Shown here: one piece after another, positions 27,610-37,040 of the stretch
Position numbering within the stretch: the stretch's first letter is position 1
Layout: the number at the start of each line of letters is the position of its first letter
Source: an uncultured Bacteroidales bacterium
GTDB taxonomy: Bacteria > Bacteroidota > Bacteroidia > Bacteroidales > FEN-979
Direction: 5' to 3'
Length of the DNA stretch: 64,000 nt
Assembly (NCBI GenBank): GCA_963768805.1
Contig: CAVYJI010000019.1
Coordinates: 277,991 to 341,990, forward strand
Made by a program: the position numbers and the translations under genes
The notes under the pieces: model-generated
What the model was told of the DNA's origin: nothing
What the model saw: the letters and a program-made list of their open reading frames with translations, nothing else
Databases searched by the model: none

Positions 27610-28410
27610 TTAATATTCGATACCGCGCAGAAAAATCCATCCACAATAATTACCGCCATTTTTAATGGTGAGAACATAATAATAAGTTCCATCCGGCAAA
27701 GGTCTGCCATCCTGCCTTGTTCCTTGCCAGACCTTCGAAAAGTTATCATAATGATCGAACCTGTTGACGATGTCTCCCCACCGGTTAAAAATAATGACAT
27801 TATTATCAGGAAAATTTTCTATGCAATCAATGATCCATTTGTCGTTCAGCCCATCCCCGTTAGGTGTTATCACGTTGTGGAACACAAGGCAAGCTTCATT
27901 TATTTCATTATTCAAGACCTTTATCCTTACAGAATCAGTGCCCAGGCAACCATTAAGAAGATCAGTGACCATGAGGATAAACAGGGTGTCATGAGTCAGT
28001 TTGACCGTTTCGGGGTCAAGCAAAGTGTCCTCGGTAAGAAGGGCAGATGGTCTCCAAACCCATGAATAACTTCCTGAACCCCCGGAGATGCTTCCATTCA
28101 GCATCGTAGCCGAATCATAAGGGATTACCTGGTCGGGCCCTGCCTCAGCAACGGGTGATCGCTGGGTAATGAAATGAAATGGTGGAGATAAAGACCCGTC
28201 TCCGCAGAGATTCCTTCCATAAACATATATGTCACCTGTTTTGATTGAAGTGTCGATTGAAACGGTAATTATGTTTGTCCCCATGCCATCAAGGATTTGA
28301 AAACCTGGAGGCAGCTGCCAGGAGTATGTTGTGGCAAACAGGATAGTGTCAACTGAATAAGACTCATCAGCAGTACCGGTGCAATGCTGCACAGGGCCAG
28401 AAATATTGCC
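27610..28410 (-). repeat. Dispersed repeat: 3' cassette shared with the adhesin gene at 49180-49980
   Basis: The last 266 codons of both genes align colinearly. The last ~147 codons are nearly identical at protein and DNA level (e.g. PSALLTEDTLLDPETVKLTHDTLFILMVTDLLNGC). Confidence 0.9.
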
Positions 28411-30414
28411 TGCCTGCCCGGGAACAGGATAGACCCGGATGGGGAAATTTGTAGCGACTGATGCGGTGCAACCCTCGGGTGTGGTGTAATTGACACTGAC
28501 AAACTGACTTCCGGGGCTATTCCACTTCACGCTGATCTGGTTAGTCCCTAACCCTGAAATTATTGTTCCTCCCGAAGATATAGTCCATTGATAATTTGAC
28601 ATGCCGGCTTCAGTCTGGTAGAAATAAGAAATTGAATCCTGGCATGGGTTGTTATTTCCTGTGATGCCCGGAGTTACTGAATGAATTGATAGCTGAACTG
28701 TGTCTCCGTTCCAGCACCCGTTTGAATCTGTTACTTCCACATTATATACCCCGGCAATGCCGGTTGTAAATGTTTGACCTGTTCCAATATTGAATTGACC
28801 CGTAGTAAGATCAGACCATGAAAATAAACAACCGATGCATGGGCCGGCATTAAAAGTTACCGTGTTTCCCTGGCATATGGAGGTATCAGGTCCAAGATTA
28901 ACAGGGGTAACGGGGAAAATAGTCACATAAACAGTATTACTGGTTGCCGGGTTATTCGTTGCACAGGTCAGGTTTGAAGTCAACATACATGAAACCGCGT
29001 CATTATTTGACGGAACATAAGTATACTGAGGTGAATCCGTCCCTTTGTCAAGACCATTTACTTTCCATTGAAACGAAGGACTTGTCCCGCCATTAGCAGG
29101 CGTGGCTGTGAATGTTACCGGTCTTCCTGGACAGATCGGATTTTGTGAGGCAGTTATAGAAACATTCACCGGAAAATAAGGAATAACAGTCATTATTATA
29201 CTATTACTTAATGCCGGATAACTCATTGGACAGGGCAGGGAAGAAAACAAAAAGCAGGAAACCGTGTCATCGTTTGATGGAGTGTAGGTGAATTGAGATG
29301 AATCAGAACCCACATTGATCCCATTGACACGCCAAAGATAGAATGGTGTTAAACCGCCATTAGAAGGTATTGCGGTGAATGTCACCGGAGTGCCTGAACA
29401 AGCTGGATTTTGGGAACCGGTTATTGAAATGCTGACTGGCAATTCAGGAATGACAGTCATTATTATCACATTGCTTAAAGCAGGATTATTCGTTGTACAT
29501 AGACTTGATGTGAGTTCACAAGTCACCATATCACCATTTAAAGGGCTATAAGTAAATGTTTGACTGTTGGACCCGATATTGGTTCCATTAACTTTCCACT
29601 GAAATATTGGCGAATTGCCACCATTGACAGGGGAAGCAGTAAAAATTACAGAACTCCCTGAACAGACCGGGTTATCTGATGCTGTTATCGTGATGCTGAC
29701 ATTAACTGGTGGATTTGATATGGTTCCACGAAAATAAGGGTTTATTGTATCCTGAAGTTGTGAACCAATAGGTATTCCATTATATGCTGGATTCCCCTGG
29801 ACATTAATATAATTCCCGTTAAACTTATAATATGCCAACAATCCATGCTGAGAGGCCGGGTTAGGAAGGTTGTACATATTATTTATAATTTCGGATTGAG
29901 AGCGTGCAACATTCCATATTCGTAATTCATCAATATACCCAAAAAATTGTTCATTGGCAAATGGATCTGAAATACTGCCTATTGCGGCCAGGTGCGTATT
30001 TTGAAACAAAGTACCTGTCCATTGCACTGAAGCCACTTCATTACCATTGACAAAGTACTTTATGCTATCACCATCGTAAGTGCCTGCAACATGGTAAATT
30101 GAATCCAGACAGTATTTGAAAGTATTATCAACTTCTTTATATCCTGATGTTGTGGTTACCTGGAATCTCCACCGTCTTAGCAAATAATTGCAATCTACAA
30201 CACCAACATGCTTTGACACAATATCTTTTTCCGGATTGGTAGTTGTATCTGTAAGCGCAATCAATGCTTCGACAGTTATTGAATCGCCGGGAACATTCAG
30301 CTGGCCTATATTGACCCAATTTTTTGGTATCCCCGTGGGGAAGTATAGCCAATCCTGTCCAAAAGCAATAGCAGATAACAATGAAAAAACTGTAATCAGA
30401 CCTATCTTGATCAA
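27610..30414 (-). CDS. Large T9SS-secreted adhesin-like protein (LamG-like domain, Ig-like repeats, type-B/CHU_C C-terminal sorting domain); proposed TTG start at 30414
   Basis: Signal peptide (M)IKIGLITVFSLLSAIAFGQ, an LamG-like region (LRIWNVARS), and 3 x ~89-aa repeats. The C-terminal part is FHNVITPNGDGLNDKW...FNRWGDIV...DGTYYYVL, the gliding-motility-type CTD. The track ORF extends to 30483, but those codons lie inside the IS terminal repeat. Confidence 0.85.
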   Translation of the reverse strand: MIKIGLITVFSLLSAIAFGQDWLYFPTGIPKNWVNIGQLNVPGDSITVEALIALTDTTTNPEKDIVSKHVGVVDCNYLLRRWRFQVTTTSGYKEVDNTFKYCLDSIYHVAGTYDGDSIKYFVNGNEVASVQWTGTLFQNTHLAAIGSISDPFANEQFFGYIDELRIWNVARSQSEIINNMYNLPNPASQHGLLAYYKFNGNYINVQGNPAYNGIPIGSQLQDTINPYFRGTISNPPVNVSITITASDNPVCSGSSVIFTASPVNGGNSPIFQWKVNGTNIGSNSQTFTYSPLNGDMVTCELTSSLCTTNNPALSNVIIMTVIPELPVSISITGSQNPACSGTPVTFTAIPSNGGLTPFYLWRVNGINVGSDSSQFTYTPSNDDTVSCFLFSSLPCPMSYPALSNSIIMTVIPYFPVNVSITASQNPICPGRPVTFTATPANGGTSPSFQWKVNGLDKGTDSPQYTYVPSNNDAVSCMLTSNLTCATNNPATSNTVYVTIFPVTPVNLGPDTSICQGNTVTFNAGPCIGCLFSWSDLTTGQFNIGTGQTFTTGIAGVYNVEVTDSNGCWNGDTVQLSIHSVTPGITGNNNPCQDSISYFYQTEAGMSNYQWTISSGGTIISGLGTNQISVKWNSPGSQFVSVNYTTPEGCTASVATNFPIRVYPVPGQAGNISGPVQHCTGTADESYSVDTILFATTYSWQLPPGFQILDGMGTNIITVSIDTSIKTGDIYVYGRNLCGDGSLSPPFHFITQRSPVAEAGPDQVIPYDSATMLNGSISGGSGSYSWVWRPSALLTEDTLLDPETVKLTHDTLFILMVTDLLNGCLGTDSVRIKVLNNEINEACLVFHNVITPNGDGLNDKWIIDCIENFPDNNVIIFNRWGDIVNRFDHYDNFSKVWQGTRQDGRPLPDGTYYYVLTIKNGGNYCGWIFLRGIEY

Positions 30415-30430
30415 TCTTCTTTCCTTTTTT

Positions 30431-31758
30431 GGTTCTTTGTAAAAGTAAGTGGGTAAATTTACGAAAAAAAAATAAAAAGTCAAGTAAAATATATGTTGTC
30501 ACAAGAAGATTTATTTGCCAAGGCACTGATGGTAGAGCAACCATGGTTTGTTGATAAAGTTCAGTTTGACCAAGAGGGTGGTAAACTTGAGATTTGGATT
30601 GATTTTGAGCGTGGTTCGACATTTTACTATGAGGATAAAGAGTTAGGCATCAAAGGTCATTTTAAAGCTTATGACACGTCCCAAAAGACGTGGAGGCATC
30701 TTAATTTTTTTCAGTATCAATGCTATCTTCATGCATGGATTCCAAGGGTTGATATCGGGGATGGCAAAGTAAGACAGGTTCAGGCTCCATGGGAAGGTCA
30801 TGCGGCAGGCTTTACACTCCTTCTTGAAGCATTGATACTTGAGTTGGTAAAAGTCATGCCAGTTCATCAGGTAAATCAGTTGTTGGGAGTTTATGATGAA
30901 AAGCTGTGGAAGATGATTAAGGCTTATACCGAGACGGCTCGTGCCCGTGAAGATTTTTCTTCTGTCGAAGTAGTTGGATTGGACGAGAAAGCTATTCGCA
31001 AGGGCCATGATTACGTTACGCTATTTGTTGATCTTGAAGAAAAAAGAACCTTGTTTGTAACTGAAGGACGGGATCATGAAGTGGTAGTTGATTTTGTAAA
31101 TGATCTCGTAGCCCACAATGGGAATGCAGAGCAAATCAGCCAGATTTCCTGTGATATGTCTCCTGCATTTATACTCGGTGTCGAAAAAAATTTGCCGAAT
31201 GCGGACATTGTATTTGACCGATTCCATGTTACAAAAGTCCTCAACGATGCGGTTGATAAGGTTCGCAAAGCGGAAGTAGCAACCAATCCTATCCTGAGAA
31301 ACTCCAAATACCTTTTTCTTAAAAATAGATGTAACCTTAGCGAATGGCAACAACAACGACTTGAAGAAATTAAGATTAGTGGACTTAACCTGAAAACCAT
31401 GAAAGCCTTGATGATTCGGGAGGCCTTTCAACAGATCTACGAAGCTCCCTCTGTTGAAATCTTTGATAAACTTCTCCGAAAGTGGTACTTCTGGGCAACT
31501 CACAGCCGTATAGAACCTATAAAAGAAGCTGCATACACTATTCAAAGGCACTGGCATGGTGTTGTTAACTGGATCTTATATAAAATCAGTAACGGTATTT
31601 TGGAGGGATTTAATTCTATTTTTCAAGCTGCTAAAGCTAAAGCAAGAGGTTACAAAAGGCCTGATACGATCAAAGCAATAATTTATCTTCTAACTGGTAA
31701 ACTCGACTTTAGTAAAATAAATCCATATTACGTTACCCACTCGAAATTATAAAGAGCC
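30431..31758 (+). mobile_element. ISL3-family insertion sequence (1328 bp) with imperfect terminal IRs and an 8-bp target-site duplication
   Basis: IRL is GGTTCTTTGTAAAAGTAAGTGGGTAA (30431-30456). The reverse complement of IRR is GGCTCTTTATAATTTCGAGTGGGTAA (31733-31758), matching at 18/26. The direct repeat CCTTTTTT sits at 30423-30430 and 31759-31766. There is a single transposase ORF. Confidence 0.9.
30493..31752 (+). CDS. ISL3 family transposase
   Basis: 419 aa with an N-terminal zinc-ribbon/HTH-like region. DDE-type core shows GLDEKAIRKGHDY, SCDMSPAF and the late NGILEGFNS motif typical of ISL3 transposases. Confidence 0.92.
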   Translation: MLSQEDLFAKALMVEQPWFVDKVQFDQEGGKLEIWIDFERGSTFYYEDKELGIKGHFKAYDTSQKTWRHLNFFQYQCYLHAWIPRVDIGDGKVRQVQAPWEGHAAGFTLLLEALILELVKVMPVHQVNQLLGVYDEKLWKMIKAYTETARAREDFSSVEVVGLDEKAIRKGHDYVTLFVDLEEKRTLFVTEGRDHEVVVDFVNDLVAHNGNAEQISQISCDMSPAFILGVEKNLPNADIVFDRFHVTKVLNDAVDKVRKAEVATNPILRNSKYLFLKNRCNLSEWQQQRLEEIKISGLNLKTMKALMIREAFQQIYEAPSVEIFDKLLRKWYFWATHSRIEPIKEAAYTIQRHWHGVVNWILYKISNGILEGFNSIFQAAKAKARGYKRPDTIKAIIYLLTGKLDFSKINPYYVTHSKL

Positions 31759-32178
31759 CCTTTTTTATTACTATACAAATATAATTTTTTCTCTATTTCA
31801 TTTTCTTTCTTAATTCGGGAAAAATCTTTCGGTTATGAAATGATTCTCATTATAGTTTGAGATCTTGCAATGAATCTGGATAAAATGATGTTAATTGTTC
31901 AATTATAAGAGTCTCTACCTTTGCGTTGAAAACAATATTCTCAGGCAGAATAATCGTACAATGTGGTGGTTGGTAGTGTTAAACCATGATCAGTAAATAG
32001 ATTTATGATCAATCTTTAAACTTTTGCGATCTTTGCACTATAAATAAAAAACAGATTCATCAAAATTGCGCCTATGGCCACTTAATCCTTAGATCTAATT
32101 ATTGTGAATAAGTGAAAAAAAATTGTTAATATTACCTGTTTATATTCATTACATAATTAATTTTAACTCATTTAGATT

Positions 32179-33387
32179 ATGAAAAAATATTTCCACACAC
32201 TCATCATTGTTCTTGCTTTGGAAACAAATGTGTTTTCCCAGGTGTGGACGCAGGAAGCATCCATGTCTATCGGGAGAGTTTCATCTATTGGTTGTGCTAC
32301 AAATGGTAAAGGATATGTTGGAATGGGTACAATTACTGGCGGATTAAACTCAAGTGATTTTTGGGAATATGATACACTTGCGAATGTTTGGACAAGTAAA
32401 GCAGATTTCCCTGCCGATGGAAGAAATGCAGCCGTTGCATATGCAATCAAAGGGAAAATATATTCATTCTTTGGATACGATAATTCGGGGAACTGCAGAA
32501 ATGATGTCTGGGAATATGATCCTGCATCTGATTCATGGATCCAGAAGAATGTATTTCCCGGAGGAGGCCGTTACAATGCAAAAGGTTTTGTAATAAATGA
32601 TAGTTTATTATTTATTGGAACGGGTAGTTATAATGATGGAGATAACTATTTATATGATTTCTGGATGTACAACCCTTCCAAAGATACATGGTTACAAAAA
32701 GCTGACTTTCCCGGTGGTAACAGGACGGCGGCTGCTTCATTTTCAATAAACGGAATCGGTTACTTTGGCACAGGCTTACAGAATTCTAGTACACCTACAA
32801 ATGATTTTTGGAAATACAACCCTGCAACCGATACCTGGACACAATTACCTGCTTTTCCCGGCACATCCCGTGCAGCATGTGCCAGCTTTGTGATCAATAA
32901 TGAAGGGTACATTGGCAGCGGACTTGATAATTCACACTTTTATAATGATTTTTTCAAATACACTCCGTCGGATTCCTCCTGGACACCAATCGTTAATTCT
33001 CCTTCTTACAATTACGCTGGCGGGGTGGGTTTTTCAATGGGTAATAAAGGCTATTCCGGCATGGGCTGGGATACAGAGGACTTTTTTTATGATTTCTACC
33101 AGTATGATCCGAATGGAAACCCCAAAGGGGTAAATGATTTAAGTAATTCCAATATTCAATTATATCCAAATCCTGCCACTGAAAGAGTTACAATTATTCT
33201 CCAAAAACAACAACTAACAAATAGGACGACTATTTCAATTTATACCATGCAGGGACAATTGATAAAACAATATCTGCTGGGACAGGAAAAAGCAGTATTG
33301 GATATCAGTGAAATTGCAAACGGCATCTATATCGTCAAAATCTGTAACAATAATGAAAACTTAATTATCACATTAATAAAAGAATAG
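32179..33387 (+). CDS. Kelch-repeat beta-propeller protein with a T9SS type-A C-terminal sorting domain
   Basis: Signal peptide, then repeated W.....P..R......V.NGK.Y..GG blades (about 6-7). C-terminal part is IQLYPNPATERVTIIL...ANGIYIVKI. Confidence 0.85.
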   Translation: MKKYFHTLIIVLALETNVFSQVWTQEASMSIGRVSSIGCATNGKGYVGMGTITGGLNSSDFWEYDTLANVWTSKADFPADGRNAAVAYAIKGKIYSFFGYDNSGNCRNDVWEYDPASDSWIQKNVFPGGGRYNAKGFVINDSLLFIGTGSYNDGDNYLYDFWMYNPSKDTWLQKADFPGGNRTAAASFSINGIGYFGTGLQNSSTPTNDFWKYNPATDTWTQLPAFPGTSRAACASFVINNEGYIGSGLDNSHFYNDFFKYTPSDSSWTPIVNSPSYNYAGGVGFSMGNKGYSGMGWDTEDFFYDFYQYDPNGNPKGVNDLSNSNIQLYPNPATERVTIILQKQQLTNRTTISIYTMQGQLIKQYLLGQEKAVLDISEIANGIYIVKICNNNENLIITLIKE

Positions 33388-33412
33388 TATAATACTCCCC
33401 AAATTAAAAACA

Positions 33413-34189
33413 ATGAATGATTTAGAAAAGTATTTCAGACAAAATGAAAAGAGGCTTATTCACAAATGGTCCCACTATTTTGATATATATGAAAGACATT
33501 TTAGCAGGTTCAGGAACAAAGAGATTGTGGTTCTTGAAATTGGGGTGGCGCAAGGTGGGAGCCTTCAGATGTGGGAAAATTACTTTGGGGAAAAAGCAAA
33601 AATCTATGGCATAGATATCGATCCACGGTGCAAAGAAATAGAGGAGAGAAATATTAAGATACTTATAGGTTCACAGTCTGATAGAAAATTTTTACAAGAG
33701 GTAAAAATGCAGATTCCTCCGGTTGACATTTTAATTGATGATGGTGGCCATAAGATGTTTCAGCAAATAATAAGTTATGAAGAACTATTTGATCATATAA
33801 AAGATGATGGTGTTTATTTATGTGAAGATATTCTCACATCTTACAAGCTGACTTATGGAGGCGGATATAAAAGACATGGCACATTCGTTGAATATAGTAA
33901 GAGGTTTATTGACTATCTGAATGCATATCACTCAGAGCAAAGGTCACTAAAAGTCAGTAACTTTACTAAATCTGTTGATTCCATTCATTATTATGACAGC
34001 ATCATAGTAATTGAGAAAAGAAAAAGAGAGAAACCCCAGGATGAAGAAACCGGAAATATAACATTTCAGCTTAATGTTCCACAAGACGGGCTACCAGGTA
34101 GAATCTACAAAAGAATTAAAAAAGCATCGCTTCTGTTGATCAATAAAACTTTAAGATTTTTTAAGATAAGGGGATTTGTTTGGAAATAA
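33413..34189 (+). CDS. Class I SAM-dependent methyltransferase (CmcI/rhamnosyl-O-methyltransferase-like)
   Basis: HKWSHYFDIYERHF...VVLEIGVAQGGSLQMW...IDDGGH pattern. Confidence 0.6.
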   Translation: MNDLEKYFRQNEKRLIHKWSHYFDIYERHFSRFRNKEIVVLEIGVAQGGSLQMWENYFGEKAKIYGIDIDPRCKEIEERNIKILIGSQSDRKFLQEVKMQIPPVDILIDDGGHKMFQQIISYEELFDHIKDDGVYLCEDILTSYKLTYGGGYKRHGTFVEYSKRFIDYLNAYHSEQRSLKVSNFTKSVDSIHYYDSIIVIEKRKREKPQDEETGNITFQLNVPQDGLPGRIYKRIKKASLLLINKTLRFFKIRGFVWK

Positions 34190-34257
34190 ATGTCTTACAC
34201 CATAGAATCAGATCAGTACCGGTCTTAAGTGTGAATGGAAAGTCATATATACGGTAA

Positions 34258-34857
34258 TTACCTGTCCTCCAGTTTTATTTCATAAACGTTGTCTATATTA
34301 TAATATATACGAAATAATGGTTTAAAGCCATTTTTAAAGACAGCAAGCAGTGGCCTTACCCCGATTAAATAAGCAGTCCAGTTCCTTGCCAATCTGAATT
34401 TTTTATGCCTTACTATTTTAAAACCGGCAGGGGTCAATAACCATTTTTCAAAATGTTTACGGTCATATTCAAAGAAATGATGACTTGTCCACAACCATCG
34501 TGGCTTTGAAGGAAAAGAAATATAAAGCAAAGAATCTTCCTTCATCACCTTTTTGATCTGCATTAAAAAGAAGAGCGGATTTTGCAAATGTTCCAATACC
34601 TCAAGACAAAAGATAGTATCATATTGTTTTGCGGGAAGTGGATCAAAGTTGAAATCATTAACCATAATTTGCTCTACGTCAATTTTAAGCAGGCGTTTTA
34701 TTTCTTCCATTTTCTTATTTGAAGAACTTATATCAGCATAAGTGCCTTCTCTCTTTTTGATAAAACCAGCGATAGATCCTGCCAATTTTATCAGAATACG
34801 TTGATCTTGTGAAGCAAGATCGTCTTCACTGAATCCTGGATATAAAACATCATTCAT
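34258..34857 (-). CDS. SAM-dependent methyltransferase-like protein (divergent motif I)
   Basis: YDTIFCLEVLEHLQNP and MKEDSLLYISFP post-I motifs of Methyltransf_11/23-type enzymes. The glycine-rich motif I is poorly conserved. Confidence 0.55.
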   Translation of the reverse strand: MNDVLYPGFSEDDLASQDQRILIKLAGSIAGFIKKREGTYADISSSNKKMEEIKRLLKIDVEQIMVNDFNFDPLPAKQYDTIFCLEVLEHLQNPLFFLMQIKKVMKEDSLLYISFPSKPRWLWTSHHFFEYDRKHFEKWLLTPAGFKIVRHKKFRLARNWTAYLIGVRPLLAVFKNGFKPLFRIYYNIDNVYEIKLEDR

Positions 34858-34951
34858 TGCTTATACTTCTGTTTAGTGGGTTATTTGGATAAAAATTGTT
34901 CTGACAGTGTTTCAATTGTTTTTTTAATCTTTTCCGTTGGACGAGGGTCAA

Positions 34952-34990
34952 TCCGCCTCAGGCGGACAAGTTCCCCGCCTCCTGAGGCGG
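34952..34990. repeat. Two adjacent GC-rich palindromic hairpins (REP-like)
   Basis: TCCGCCTCAGGCGGA (34952-34966) and CCGCCTCCTGAGGCGG (34975-34990). They have the same CCGCCYC...GRGGCGG design as the central palindrome of the 146-bp repeats. Confidence 0.6.
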
Positions 34991-35290
34991 AAACAATTCA
35001 ATTTATTTTGATACCCCGGCTTGTGGCGAGGAGGTTCATTAACTGATTAGATTAATGCATAGTATAGAACTCAAGAAGATGTGCAAATGTAGAATATTTT
35101 TCACCTCCCGACTAATCCATAAATAAAATTATAGTTGCTGACAAACCCGGAGAGGTGGTGAGGTGGTGGATTTTTTTATGTCCGTTGTTCATTATTTACT
35201 TAAATCTGATAATCGTTACCTTTGCCGCTAGTATTAATTCATGGTAAAAGATGCAAGAATCCGGAGTTAGGGTTAACTGATCCTGAGATC

Positions 35291-36778
35291 ATGAGTGACA
35301 ATCTAAAACAAAAAATGTTTAAAGCTTTAACCTGGACTACCATTGACAGGTTCGGTCAGCAGGCCGTTGCATTTATCATAGGGCTGGTCCTGGCCCGGTT
35401 ACTCTCGCCAGATGATTATGGATTAATTGGGATGATAGTGATCTTCACTGCATTATCCTCGGTCCTTGTAGATGGAGGATTCGGTCAGGCATTGATTCGC
35501 AAAGAAAATGCGAGTCAAACAGACTATAGTACTATTTTCTTTTTAAATTTAGGTATTTCAGTTTGTCTTTATCTCATCCTGTTCTTCTCGGCTCCCCTGA
35601 TCGCTTATTTTTTTAAGCAACCCCAGCTGATAAAGATATCACGTGTCCTGTTCCTTTCCATTATTTTGTATGCCTTATGCTTTGTACAGTTTATTATAAT
35701 TGTCAAAGAAGTCGCCTTTAAAAGTCTAGCCAAAGTCAACATTGCAGCCACTATTGTAAGCGGAGGAATCGGGGTTTGTCTGGCAATTGCGGGGGCAAAG
35801 GTATGGGCGTTGGTAGTACAGCAAATTTCTTATCACCTGTTCCGGCTTATTTTATTCTTTATTATTCGCAAATGGCGGCCTACCCTTGTTTTTTCAATAA
35901 CAGTAATAAAAGAATTCTGGGCATTCTCCATCCACCTGCTTGGTACTTCTGCATTAAATATCATTTTTCAGAACATCTATTCGGTATTGATCGGGAAGTT
36001 TTATCCACTGAAACAAATAGGATTCTATACCCAGGCAAACAAGTTAAGTGACACTGTACATTATTCTTTTCAGCAGATAACGCAAGTAGGCACCTACCCG
36101 TTATTAGTTCAAATCCAGACACAGGAAGAACGATACAGGAGGGTTTACAGAAAAATAATGCGTATAATATCGATTTTTCTTTTTCCCTTCCTTATGACTT
36201 TGATAATCATTTCCAGGCCATTAATTTCTATTCTGTTAACGGAGAAATGGACAGCATCCATCCTGTTGTTTCAGCTTTTATGCCTGGCAAACCTATTCAC
36301 ACCATTTTACGGGCTTAACATCAGCGTTCTTAATTCAAGGGGGGAATCAAAAAAGTCATTGCAGCTTGAATTAATAAAAAAAGGGCTCATTCTTATTTCA
36401 ATTCTCGTTTGTTTTCTATATGGAATTGTCACAATGCTGATCGGGTTTATCATCGCTAATTACATCTCTTTCGGTGTATCGATGCTATTTATAAGGAAAA
36501 ACCTGAACTATCATCTGAAGCAGCAACTTCTTGACATTTTCCCCAGTTTTATCGTTTCAGTCATTGTTTCAGCTGTTGTCTTCATGTTAAAAGGGCTCAT
36601 AACAGGCCATAACTTCTTAAGATTACTGTTACTTCAATCAATAGTTGCCCTTGCTATGTATGTTCTGATTGTGTATATATTTGATTATACCCTAGTTCAA
36701 AGGGTCAACAGCTATGTAAGAAATCGTTTTCTGAAGCATACAGACCATGACAATAATAGCGATAAACCTGTCCTCTAG
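35291..36778 (+). CDS. wzx: Polysaccharide/O-antigen flippase (Wzx, MOP/PST family); start set at Met 35291
   Basis: About 14 TM helices, with the N-terminal TWTTIDRFGQQAVAFIIGLVLARLLSPDDYGLIGM pattern typical of PST flippases. Confidence 0.8.
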   Translation: MSDNLKQKMFKALTWTTIDRFGQQAVAFIIGLVLARLLSPDDYGLIGMIVIFTALSSVLVDGGFGQALIRKENASQTDYSTIFFLNLGISVCLYLILFFSAPLIAYFFKQPQLIKISRVLFLSIILYALCFVQFIIIVKEVAFKSLAKVNIAATIVSGGIGVCLAIAGAKVWALVVQQISYHLFRLILFFIIRKWRPTLVFSITVIKEFWAFSIHLLGTSALNIIFQNIYSVLIGKFYPLKQIGFYTQANKLSDTVHYSFQQITQVGTYPLLVQIQTQEERYRRVYRKIMRIISIFLFPFLMTLIIISRPLISILLTEKWTASILLFQLLCLANLFTPFYGLNISVLNSRGESKKSLQLELIKKGLILISILVCFLYGIVTMLIGFIIANYISFGVSMLFIRKNLNYHLKQQLLDIFPSFIVSVIVSAVVFMLKGLITGHNFLRLLLLQSIVALAMYVLIVYIFDYTLVQRVNSYVRNRFLKHTDHDNNSDKPVL

Positions 36779-37014
36779 ACTTCAAATTTCTTCATAGCCT
36801 TCACTGGCAAATAATTCATTAACTTTTCCCAAAGCCTAACATTTCATTATTTGCACCCTTATCAAAACAGGGAAAGTGTTGATAACTTGTTAAAAAAAAT
36901 ACGAAAACAAAAATATCCGTCGATTCTCTAAAAATAGTGGCGTACAGCTTGCACGCCAAATTTAAAATAATTTGATTGATAATCAGTATTATAACATTTT
37001 TCTAGATAAAAAAA

Positions 37015-37040
37015 ATAGCGGTTTCCCGCTATTTTTTTTT
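37015..37040 (+). terminator. Orphan intrinsic-terminator-like hairpin in a long non-coding region
   Basis: ATAGCGG-TTTC-CCGCTAT followed by T8 and preceded by an A-run (bidirectional design). It lies 237 bp past the wzx stop and 543 bp before the adhesin start. Confidence 0.4.

Noticed and set aside
30415-30483. N-terminal extension (MTFYFFFVNLPTYFYKEPKKERR) of the 957-aa adhesin ORF
   Set aside because: These codons lie in or across the left terminal inverted repeat of the ISL3 element, and the ORF 'start' is a TTG inside the IS. The signal peptide begins at the TTG at 30414.
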